DNA of 40,462 bases from Euryarchaeota archaeon UBA39 (GTDB lineage: Archaea > Thermoplasmatota > Poseidoniia > Poseidoniales > Thalassarchaeaceae): NCBI GenBank assembly GCA_002503045.1, contig DAQW01000056.1:575-41036 (forward strand), in the 5' to 3' direction. The position numbers and the translations under genes were made by a program. The notes below the pieces were generated by a model. That model was not told where the DNA came from. It was given only the letters and a program-made list of their open reading frames with translations, and made no database searches. Of this stretch, positions 1-8,501 are shown in pieces. Position 1 is the stretch's first letter, and each line of letters starts with the position of its first letter.

Positions 1-191
1 AGTAAGGAATCTACTAATTCAGGAGGGCACGTTGGAAATACACCAAGAGCATCTCCTGCTTTGTATTCTAATCCAGAATCTCCTAAATCAAAAACAATAT
101 GTCTAGTTTCTTTCTTTGAATTATCGCCATTCAATACATGATTAACAGTAATCTTAGATGGGTATGGGTTTTTGTTTGAGTAATCGGCCAA
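1..191 (-). CDS. Partial CysJ-like (sulfite reductase flavoprotein/FNR family) FAD-binding oxidoreductase; runs off the window's left edge
   Basis: Not in the ORF track. Manual translation from TTG at 191 gives MADYSNKNPYPSKITVNHVLNGDNSKKETRHIVFDLGDSGLEYKAGDALGVFPTCPPELVD, which matches the start of the CysJ FAD-binding domain (NP..., KETRH, Y..GDALGV.P). Confidence 0.8.
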   Translation of the reverse strand, partial: MADYSNKNPYPSKITVNHVLNGDNSKKETRHIVFDLGDSGLEYKAGDALGVFPTCPPELVDSL

Positions 192-299
192 TTAAATCCC
201 TCTTACGTTTGGTCGGGTTCGTCATCAGTATTTCAATGAAATGACGTAATTTACCTCCTTAGGAAGATTGAATGTGTAGGGGCCTGTCAGAGTTAATGC

Positions 300-1079
300 A
301 TGGCCTCTAAATTGAGAGTTTTGGGTTCAGGTAATGCCTTCTGCCCTCCCGGGCGATTGCATTCCTGTATGCTTCTAGATGATAGAATCTTAATTGATGC
401 ACCCCCCACAATTCTTCATCAATTGCAAAAAAATGGCATATCTAGTTCTCAAATTACAGATTTACTAATTACTCACTGGCATGGAGATCATGTTTTTGGT
501 CTGCCATTCCTACTTCTTGATCGACGTTTTATTTCAGATAGAGAGGGGCATTCAAAACTCAGAATTCATCTACATTCAAATGGAGTTGAAAGAATGAAAG
601 AAATCTGTTCATTAGCATTTCCCAATACTCTTGAACAGGTTATCGAAGAAAGAGTAGAATGGGTCGTTGAAAATAACGGACATGCGAATGGATGGGATTA
701 TGAACGATTTCCAGTAAAGCATACTCCTGAAACAGATCCTCACGGTTATTTGCTTAGAGATAAAAAGGGATTTGTTCTTTTGCATACAGGAGATTCAGGA
801 CCTTGTGAATCAATAGATCAGAGAACACCTATTTCGGATGTTATTTTGTTGGAAATGGGGGTACCTGAAGGTGATGATTTTCCCTACCATCATACTCCTA
901 AAGATATTGTAGATGCTGCTAAATTACATAATGAAAAACAATTTTTAATTACACATTCCTATGCTTCTGGCAAAGAAGAAAAGATTGGGTTCAATATGCC
1001 CAAATTAGCTAGAAATACTATACAAATTGAAGATGGTGAGATTTACAAATTAGATGCGACGGGAATTACTATTCTATAA
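300..1079 (+). CDS. MBL-fold metallo-hydrolase, RNase Z-like
   Basis: N-terminal LGSG, THWHGDH metal-binding motif, later His, TGDS and ITH motifs. Confidence 0.8.
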   Translation: MASKLRVLGSGNAFCPPGRLHSCMLLDDRILIDAPPTILHQLQKNGISSSQITDLLITHWHGDHVFGLPFLLLDRRFISDREGHSKLRIHLHSNGVERMKEICSLAFPNTLEQVIEERVEWVVENNGHANGWDYERFPVKHTPETDPHGYLLRDKKGFVLLHTGDSGPCESIDQRTPISDVILLEMGVPEGDDFPYHHTPKDIVDAAKLHNEKQFLITHSYASGKEEKIGFNMPKLARNTIQIEDGEIYKLDATGITIL

Positions 1080-1233
1080 ATGGCCTCGGAAAGGGTATCT
1101 CAAAACCATAAAAAAATGCACGTCATTCGATTTTTCATGAACAAGATTAAGTCATTGACGCGACTGTACAGTAAGTCCCGTTCGCTTAGCCGGTTAGTCC
1201 GAGACTGATTGAACACAATGGAAGATGAATAAA

Positions 1234-2469
1234 ATGGCGAATATTTTCGATGCAGCTAGTCGGAAAAATTCGGTATTTATTGACAGACGTGTTTTTGACC
1301 CTCACCATTCCCCATCTACTTTCAACCATAGAGATTCTCAAATTAGAACTATGGTGATGAATCTTGCAGATGCGTTGGAAGGCCATATACCTGGAAATAT
1401 GATTCTCTATGGGCCATCCGGAACTGGAAAAACTGCTGCAACAAGATTCGTTGCACAGCAGTTAGAAGAACGAGCACAAATAATTGGAAGTAGAGTTTAC
1501 ACACATGAAATCAATTGCCAACATGTCAATACACGTTATCGAGTTCTACATGGAATTTCAGAAACACTCCGAGAATCAGGAGATCAAGTCATTCCATTTA
1601 CTGGCTGGCCCGCAGATAGAGTTCTATCAGAAACAATTAGACGTATGGATCGACAAGGAGGAGTTCATATTCTAATCCTTGATGAAATGGACCAACTAGC
1701 TTCGCGTTCCGAAGATCAATTGCTCTATGACTTAACTAGTCTCAATGTTCTTCTAAAACAGAGTAGAGCTTCAATTATTGGAATTAGTAACGATATTGGA
1801 TTTACCGACAAAATTCCTGGCCCGATTCGCTCAAGAATGTCTGCTGAAGACATCATTTTTTCACCTTATAGTTCCAACGAACTGTCTCAAATTTTAGTAG
1901 AGCGTGCAAAAGTAGGGTTACGAAAAGGATCCTGGGAAGAAGTAACAATGCGTTTCTGTGCTGATCTTTCTGCTAAAGAACATGGAGATGCAAGAAGAGC
2001 GATTGATCTTCTGCGAGTTTCGACCCTACGTGCAGAAATTGCTCAAAGTGAGACTATTGAAATTGAACATATTCAATCTGCTCATAAACAAGTGGAACAT
2101 GAAAGAGTAATTGGCCTACTTCAAGGCCTTCCTCTTCATCAAAAACTTACATTGACATCAATAATCATCAATGAAAGGAATGGAGTATTAACGCAAACGA
2201 CTGGAACCATCTGGGAGACATATGTACAAGCATGTAACTTAGCTGGAATGAAACCACTGACTTCTCGTTCGTTATCTTCCATTATCAATGGCTTTCATTC
2301 AGCTAGTTTAGCCCACGTGAAAAATGTCAGCCTAGGTAGAAGAGGACGGACCAAACATGTTTCCAGTCTTCTTCCACGAGGAATAGACGCAATACGTATT
2401 ATGTGTGAGAATAATGATGCAATTAATTTAGCCGTTAATGGAACCTACAAACTTCAACGACGGTTGTAA
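1234..2469 (+). CDS. cdc6: Orc1/Cdc6 replication initiator AAA+ ATPase (start 1234 or 1225)
   Basis: HRDSQI, Walker A GPSGTGKT, Walker B ILILDEMD, HGDARRAIDLLR, C-terminal winged helix with GRRGRT wing. Confidence 0.92.
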   Translation: MANIFDAASRKNSVFIDRRVFDPHHSPSTFNHRDSQIRTMVMNLADALEGHIPGNMILYGPSGTGKTAATRFVAQQLEERAQIIGSRVYTHEINCQHVNTRYRVLHGISETLRESGDQVIPFTGWPADRVLSETIRRMDRQGGVHILILDEMDQLASRSEDQLLYDLTSLNVLLKQSRASIIGISNDIGFTDKIPGPIRSRMSAEDIIFSPYSSNELSQILVERAKVGLRKGSWEEVTMRFCADLSAKEHGDARRAIDLLRVSTLRAEIAQSETIEIEHIQSAHKQVEHERVIGLLQGLPLHQKLTLTSIIINERNGVLTQTTGTIWETYVQACNLAGMKPLTSRSLSSIINGFHSASLAHVKNVSLGRRGRTKHVSSLLPRGIDAIRIMCENNDAINLAVNGTYKLQRRL

Positions 2470-2524
2470 TTCTAAACTCAAACTATCTGGCAACGGTTAA
2501 GACGGTCTCAACGGTCGGCGATTC

Positions 2525-3085
2525 ATGGCCGAAGACGAAAGTCCTGAACCATCTATGGAATTTGATTGGATTCCTGAGACCCCTTTACTTGGAAAAATAG
2601 CAGTCATGGTCGGCATTTGGGCCTTGATTGTGAATGTCGTAAATATCCTAATTGGAGCATATGCTTCCGGACAAAAAGTGGTTTGGGCAGGATTTGTCAC
2701 TTACGGCACTTTAGCGGAAAATACCTTTACACCACATAATGGGATTGAAGTTAGCCCTGGAGACATTGTTTTTACTATTATTGCAGCTCTCATTCTAGGA
2801 TTAGGAGTATTGATTCTAAATAAAACAGAAGAAGGTGGCATCATGTCATGGATTACCTCTCTAGTTTCACCCGAAAGATGGATGGTATTATTTGACTTCT
2901 CAAAGGGACTTAATGTAACCTTAGGGTCATGGTTACTAGTATCTGGAATTGCCTTCTACTTTGTCTGGTCTATTACTAACAATACGTGGGTTGATCCAGG
3001 TGTTTACGCAGTTGCCATCCCACTAATTGGATTTGGATCGATTCTTCCAATGCTTGAAAGTAATGAAGAAAATTCAGAGAATTAA
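2525..3085 (+). CDS. Hypothetical membrane protein (about 4 TM)
   Basis: 186-aa ORF with four hydrophobic segments; TTAAGA box 28 nt upstream. Confidence 0.75.
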   Translation: MAEDESPEPSMEFDWIPETPLLGKIAVMVGIWALIVNVVNILIGAYASGQKVVWAGFVTYGTLAENTFTPHNGIEVSPGDIVFTIIAALILGLGVLILNKTEEGGIMSWITSLVSPERWMVLFDFSKGLNVTLGSWLLVSGIAFYFVWSITNNTWVDPGVYAVAIPLIGFGSILPMLESNEENSEN

Positions 3086-3087
3086 GA

Positions 3088-4071
3088 TTAATGTCCTCGC
3101 TTTTTGAAAATATAGTCACAAAAGCCTAGTAAAACTCCGAACCAAAGGTAGATACTCCAGAGGAGTCGTAATCTAGATGCAGGATGAATGGAAATAAGAC
3201 CCAATATTGAGCCAGAGAAAAAACCAATTTCATGAGATGATTTTGATAAACATATCACAATCAATATTGTGAATAAAAATAATGGAAAATATACTGAAGC
3301 CCTTACCGCATCGCCTGTAAAATCATGATTTACGGTTGTTCCATTTGGCAAACGTCCCCCTCGTAAACCATATTTCATTATGATTCGAACATGGGCTCTA
3401 GCATCTCTCTTTCGTTTTCTTAAGAAAATAGACATTTTTTCTTCAGCGACATGATTAACCAAGGCTTCAGGAGAATAGACAATGATTCCACCTTGCTCAA
3501 TTAATCTAAGGCTGACTTCCATATCTTCTGCATGAAACCAAGAAGGATTGAATCCACCTATGGAAATCAAAGCATCTCTCCTAAACATTGAGCAAGGTCC
3601 GTTTGCAAGAGTAGTTAATCTAGATCTACCAGAATATTTTCGATGAATTTCCTTCGACCTAAGTCTAGAAACTCTAGTAGTTCCTTCATTGAACACAGTT
3701 CGCCCAGTCACTGCCATTACCTCCTCATTTGGATGGCCTTCACTAACAAACATCATTGACGAAATCCAATTAGGTTCTGGACAACAATCAATATCTGTTA
3801 TCGCAACCCATTCTCCTCTCGAATGTTCTAAGCCTATTTGTCGACCTGCTGATAGGCCTTTAGGCTCTGAATCTATTATTATTAATTCAATGTCTGAATC
3901 TTCATTCATTTCTTTGAATGTCTTCATTCGTTCAAATGTACAATCGACTGACCCATCATTTACTGCAATTATCTCTAGTGGTCGATAATCTTGAGAAAGT
4001 AGAGACGAAAGACATTGATGAACCCAATCTTCAGCATCTCTAGCACATACAGTGATACTAACTAAACTCAA
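3088..4071 (-). CDS. Family 2 glycosyltransferase with C-terminal membrane segments
   Basis: VSITVCARD, VNDGSVD, TDID (DxD), FRRDAL..IGGF, AEDME motifs; TTG start overlaps the upstream stop. Confidence 0.9.
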   Translation of the reverse strand: MSLVSITVCARDAEDWVHQCLSSLLSQDYRPLEIIAVNDGSVDCTFERMKTFKEMNEDSDIELIIIDSEPKGLSAGRQIGLEHSRGEWVAITDIDCCPEPNWISSMMFVSEGHPNEEVMAVTGRTVFNEGTTRVSRLRSKEIHRKYSGRSRLTTLANGPCSMFRRDALISIGGFNPSWFHAEDMEVSLRLIEQGGIIVYSPEALVNHVAEEKMSIFLRKRKRDARAHVRIIMKYGLRGGRLPNGTTVNHDFTGDAVRASVYFPLFLFTILIVICLSKSSHEIGFFSGSILGLISIHPASRLRLLWSIYLWFGVLLGFCDYIFKKRGH

Positions 4072-5075
4072 GATGTACTCCCCACAACAAAAGCATCTAG
4101 AAATCGCCTCGCACGAGATTTCGTAGAAATGTCAATTTCTCTCAGAACTAAACCTTCATTCGGTTGCCCATACAATAAAACTGTACCTAGAGGTGCCATT
4201 AATATCAAAGGAATTGGAACTAAATCTTCTTCTCCATCAACTATAATCGTGACATTTTCGGATTGTGAAATGGCTTTTGAGCATGACTCGAAAATACTAG
4301 GAGTCAGCATACCAGGAGGGTTTTTTGCATTAATTACAGAATTTTGATCTATTTTTATTAATTCAAATTGATCCCATTTCTTTCTATGTGTCATTCCGTC
4401 AATTACTGAAATCCAAGTATCTCTTTTAGCAACCTGGAGAGAAAAAACAGTTACATCCCCCACTGCAATAATTTTCACGTTATCTGAAATAGATTGTAAA
4501 GCTAATTCCATAGCTATACTAGGATTATCATGAGGGCCAGAAAATAATTTACCCATAGGTTGTTTCAATTCATCATCTAATATTTCTGGCATTGTATGTT
4601 CAACCATCATTTCCGAGGATTTAATCCAATATTTACCCGTCTGATCAACAATTCCTGAACGAATCCTTGATGAGGATAAAATTTCGCCCTCCTCATCTAA
4701 AACGTGATTTATTATCACAATACGTAATGAAGATAAACCATTTTTCATCCTTAATTGATTAATTTCCTGACAAGAAGGAAAAGTTTCCTCAGTACAACCA
4801 ATCACCGAACAAGGATCTAACGAAACTGCTGGTCCATATCCATCATGTAAAATATGAAGGCTAGCATTGAGAGATTCCTCAACTATCATTTCTTCAAGTT
4901 GATTCAATCTAGTCTCAATATCCTGGATATTCATCTCCTTTTTGTTTGCCATTAAATCAGAGGCAACATGTATTTGCAAATGATCGCATTCGGATGCGGT
5001 GCCTAAGATAAGGGCACGATGACCATTATGTAATCTATCAAATGTGCCGCCTAACAGTCCGATTGAACCCTCCAT
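4068..5075 (-). CDS. coaD: Fusion of phosphopantetheine adenylyltransferase and archaeal GTP-dependent dephospho-CoA kinase (DUF359); start 5075, alternatively GTG 5096
   Basis: N-half has GGTFDRLHNGH (HxGH) and LSSSRIR. C-half has LKQPMG, VGDVT, NPPG, VDGEEDL and YGQPNEG, typical of DUF359/DPCK. Confidence 0.88.
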   Translation of the reverse strand: MEGSIGLLGGTFDRLHNGHRALILGTASECDHLQIHVASDLMANKKEMNIQDIETRLNQLEEMIVEESLNASLHILHDGYGPAVSLDPCSVIGCTEETFPSCQEINQLRMKNGLSSLRIVIINHVLDEEGEILSSSRIRSGIVDQTGKYWIKSSEMMVEHTMPEILDDELKQPMGKLFSGPHDNPSIAMELALQSISDNVKIIAVGDVTVFSLQVAKRDTWISVIDGMTHRKKWDQFELIKIDQNSVINAKNPPGMLTPSIFESCSKAISQSENVTIIVDGEEDLVPIPLILMAPLGTVLLYGQPNEGLVLREIDISTKSRARRFLDAFVVGSTS

Positions 5076-5120
5076 GGTTGTCGATACCGCTGACACGAAT
5101 TAATCATGCGATGAAGAATG

Positions 5121-5388
5121 TGTCCCGGGGCGTAACTTCCCGTATCACTGCCGTAGCTCATGGGCTTGACCCTGCCCCAGGACGTCTGTTGAACGGTGTG
5201 GTTGTCCCATGAATCATTCCATTCGGTCAACTGGGGACCCATATACCGTCCAGCCGTCGTTTGCATCACGGATCATTCCAAATGGTCCCCGTGAACTTCG
5301 ATCGACGGCATAATCCCCGAACGTGGTGCCGGGCGTCATCCTTCCTTCCGGCGAGGGAGGTCGTCAGCGCGGTGTTGCCGTCGGGGCA
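5121..5388 (+). ncRNA. Putative large structured non-coding RNA, family not recognised
   Basis: GC-rich intergenic island. Terminal helix 5121-5128/5381-5388, helix 5129-5141/5355-5365, long hairpins 5193-5249 and 5253-5309, and two pseudoknots. Many G-U pairs form only on the + strand. Confidence 0.7.
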
Positions 5389-5431
5389 AACAAGCCTGAA
5401 CAAAGCCAAATATGAATTCATCGCGAGTAAA

Positions 5432-7963
5432 TTAGGAAAATTCACCTAGACGTTCCCCGATTGCTAGGGTTATCGATGTATCACCTGATTTATCCCCTAA
5501 CCTGTGAAATGGAGGCCATTGTTCAACTGGACGAGTGAGCCATCCAACATGTACATGCGTTTTTCCAGTCCTAGGAGATTTTTCATCTCTAAGATCGTCC
5601 AATGAATCGATTATATCAATAATTGATTCAAGATTTACAGTTTCTGAAGTCTCCAAAGATACGAATCGTCTTAGACGGTCAGCCAATGAAAGTCTAATTT
5701 TTGGATGTACTCCTCCAAATCCAAATGGCAAGGAGGATTTTTCACCTTCTGGTCGTAACACAATTGCAGGCCAAGGTAAGTTTGTTTGAATGATTGACCT
5801 GCGAGCACGTGGATGTTCTGTCATCATTGTTAACATATCTGCAGAATGGGATTTCCACCATCTCCAAGGTAAATTTTGAATAAACGAAATTTGTGTTTCA
5901 ATCGTTGGTTGAGTGCCCCTCTCATTCCATTCTGAAAGAATAATCCATAGATGTAAATCGTGATTCTCTGGCAATGACCAAGCTAAACGTCTTAGACGAT
6001 CAGAAATCTCGTTAATGTCTCCTTGTCTAATATCTGGATGTTTCTGTAATAAATGGAATACTCCTTCTAATGAGTCTGCACACCTTAGTGGAGGAGACTC
6101 TAACCAAATATTCACCCCCCATCGAACTAATTCTTTGGTTTCTGAGGAATTCAACCAATGAGTGACTGAAAGGAGTCGCCCTGCGGCCCAACCTCTAATT
6201 TCGGGATTGTTTGCATACATCGTTAATTTCTTCAGATTTGATCGTAATTCTTGTTCAGAAATTATTCGATTAGAAACACTTTGATTAAATGAATTCATCC
6301 ATGAAATCGGGACTTTTTTCCAAATATCTACTATTCGATCTAAGGGAGTTTCATCAGGTAAAATGAGTTTAGACCAAATATGTGGAAGACGATGTCCAAT
6401 TCTAACCCAACGATCAATTCTTGTATTGTTAGATGAGGAAATCCAAGAAATAAGTGGATTAAATGATTCCATTTTATTGGAGAAGGTTTCATCACCTTCA
6501 GGAAAAACAGAACAGGCATATAGAAATAATTCATTTTCATCTTCATTATTTACAGGAGCATTCATTGACGATAATTGATTAGAAATCAGAGTCAATTCAT
6601 TTGGATTTACTGGGATTTTCCAACCCTTAGGTACTGATTTTTTGGTGCTTTTACTAGTATCGCCCACATATACAGGTAGAGTCCGCCCATTATATTCAGA
6701 AAATCGAAGAAAAGGCAAATCATGTACTTCATCTGTTTGAAGAATTGACAGTCTTGTATCATTTATTGAAAACCAGGGAGCAATTAACAAACGAATTTTT
6801 TCAAACCGATATAATCTTCTAGACAATGATTCGCCAATCGGTTCAGGTAAGTCAATTGAAACCCAATCAACAAATTGGTGATTCATTATGCTCAACAATA
6901 CGGCTCTAATTGCCAGAGGTCCTAAACCATCTGTTACAATTGATTCTGGAAATGGAATATTTGATTCAAGAAATCCTCTATTCCCCCAATCCTCTTTGAA
7001 TCTTCTAATAGTAATATCTGGTAATCTGGAAGGACGAGATATTCTGCCTGCATCTATCCATGAAAGAAGCAGTTGTAGCCTTGAACGTCGAGTTACGGGA
7101 CGAAGACGGGGGTGAATTAGTTCAATCCATTCTTCTAATACAATTCTAGGAATTGGGCCTATCTCTGAAGAAATAATAGATTGGCGTCCAATTAATAATG
7201 CACCTTTCTTTGAATTTCTCATTAATTGTCCTGCAATTTCATGGGATTTGGAAGTACAAATCACAGGACCTGAGGCAAAAACTTCTGTGCCACCTCTACC
7301 TATTGATCCAATTTGCCATGATCCTGGTTCGAATAGATTTGATGTATCATTATTTTCTACATCTATGATAGAATGGAACCACCGGCCAAGAGAAAGTCGA
7401 TCTGCTGAATCGGTATCAATCAATCTCGCACGTACTAGTCCAAATCCGGATTGATTCCATGACTCAATATTTCTAGAATCCAATTCGACTGGTTCAGCTA
7501 TCCGATTTAGAGAATCGGAATCAAAATATCTAGGATTTCTTTCTCTAGTTTCCGCTAAGATTCTTCCTCCATCTATTGTAGGCAAATACACTAATGGAGA
7601 TGTTGGTTTTCGAGTAACGAGCAATAAAACATGATTTTCCAATACATCTAAAATTAAAAATTGCTCATCGATTATATGGTTGAAAGAAGCCAAAGGAATT
7701 CGCGATAATTCGTCCATTTCAAGCATCGTGAAACCCTTTGAAGTCAAATTTATTGTCGCTCCCCTAGTACCTGATGAACTAGTTGAAGTTACCAAACCAT
7801 CTTCGCGCATTCTCTTTAATTCTACAGATACATGTGGGACACGCAAGCCCGATTTTGAAGAAATTGATGATACCGTCCCAGACGATTCGGATAAAGTCAA
7901 AAGTAAAATTCTACGATGGCGCCCTCTAACCTTTCTCGGGATAATGGACAAATCTGAACTCAA
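5432..7963 (-). CDS. Large hypothetical protein with N-terminal winged-helix (MarR/ArsR-like) domain
   Basis: 843-aa ORF; GTVSSISSKSGLRVPHVSVELKRMREDGLV...LTSKG is an HTH plus wing; the rest is Trp/Pro-rich and unrecognised. Confidence 0.75.
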   Translation of the reverse strand: MSSDLSIIPRKVRGRHRRILLLTLSESSGTVSSISSKSGLRVPHVSVELKRMREDGLVTSTSSSGTRGATINLTSKGFTMLEMDELSRIPLASFNHIIDEQFLILDVLENHVLLLVTRKPTSPLVYLPTIDGGRILAETRERNPRYFDSDSLNRIAEPVELDSRNIESWNQSGFGLVRARLIDTDSADRLSLGRWFHSIIDVENNDTSNLFEPGSWQIGSIGRGGTEVFASGPVICTSKSHEIAGQLMRNSKKGALLIGRQSIISSEIGPIPRIVLEEWIELIHPRLRPVTRRSRLQLLLSWIDAGRISRPSRLPDITIRRFKEDWGNRGFLESNIPFPESIVTDGLGPLAIRAVLLSIMNHQFVDWVSIDLPEPIGESLSRRLYRFEKIRLLIAPWFSINDTRLSILQTDEVHDLPFLRFSEYNGRTLPVYVGDTSKSTKKSVPKGWKIPVNPNELTLISNQLSSMNAPVNNEDENELFLYACSVFPEGDETFSNKMESFNPLISWISSSNNTRIDRWVRIGHRLPHIWSKLILPDETPLDRIVDIWKKVPISWMNSFNQSVSNRIISEQELRSNLKKLTMYANNPEIRGWAAGRLLSVTHWLNSSETKELVRWGVNIWLESPPLRCADSLEGVFHLLQKHPDIRQGDINEISDRLRRLAWSLPENHDLHLWIILSEWNERGTQPTIETQISFIQNLPWRWWKSHSADMLTMMTEHPRARRSIIQTNLPWPAIVLRPEGEKSSLPFGFGGVHPKIRLSLADRLRRFVSLETSETVNLESIIDIIDSLDDLRDEKSPRTGKTHVHVGWLTRPVEQWPPFHRLGDKSGDTSITLAIGERLGEFS

Positions 7964-8039
7964 TTTTCATCTCCCCTTGAAATCAGAATAATAGGATTAG
8001 TTATTTCAACATTGATATTTTATTAATTGAATTACTATA

Positions 8040-8148
8040 TTTGTTACATTTTGTTACAGAGTTGATAGAATATTCTAGGAAAAATAACCAATTAAGTAAC
8101 ATAATGGTATTAAAAATGGTAATTTATTCTCACATTGTGTAACGAAAT
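8040..8148. promoter_or_regulatory. Repeated GTTAC-core operator-like motifs in a divergent AT-rich intergenic region
   Basis: TTTGTTACA at 8040-8048 and 8050-8058 (10-bp period); inverted copies GTAACA at 8096-8101 and TGTAACGAAAT at 8138-8148. Confidence 0.5.
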
Positions 8149-8252
8149 TTGGCAAAGAACGGCGGTCATTTGATAACCCCCCCGACTCTCCCCCCAACAT
8201 CGGCAGCCAACGCATAAGCAAAAAAAAGTCAGAAGAATAGAAGGTGAAAATG

Positions 8253-8501
8253 ATGAGCGAAAGTTTGCGAAATCTCATTAGATCATACCTTCAATCACGC
8301 CCACGTAATACTGCTGAAATCGTAGAACACGCTAAAGCAAATATGGATGGAACTAGTATCGAACAAATCGAAAAGTTACTGAAGTCAGATGCACAAGTAG
8401 TTCGAGTAGATTTGGTGAGACGTAGTGGAGTGCTTTCTTCTGGATACAATGTTTGTGAATGGGCAACAGTCGATTGGATGAAAAATAGGAGAGGAGAATA
8501 A
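8253..8501 (+). CDS. Small winged-helix protein, DUF3860-like (paralog 1)
   Basis: SD-like AAGGTGA at 8241-8247; RNTAEIVEH...GTS.EQI..LL..D..V.RV...RSG.LS.GY.VC.W pattern shared with the next gene. Confidence 0.75.
   Translation: MSESLRNLIRSYLQSRPRNTAEIVEHAKANMDGTSIEQIEKLLKSDAQVVRVDLVRRSGVLSSGYNVCEWATVDWMKNRRGE

Noticed and set aside
5121..5388. Identification of the GC-rich element as RNase P RNA, SRP RNA, tmRNA or a coaD riboswitch
   Set aside because: No RNase P CR-I/CR-V motifs. The minus-strand CCGGAAGG lacks the CAGG/AGCA flanks of SRP helix 8. The GGGGCG start has no T-arm or CCA partner. G-U pairs favour the strand opposite coaD. A covariance search is still needed.
5051..5449. Short ORFs 5051-5269(-) and 5261-5449(+)
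   Set aside because: No recognisable motifs and atypical composition; better explained as by-products of the GC-rich structured element.
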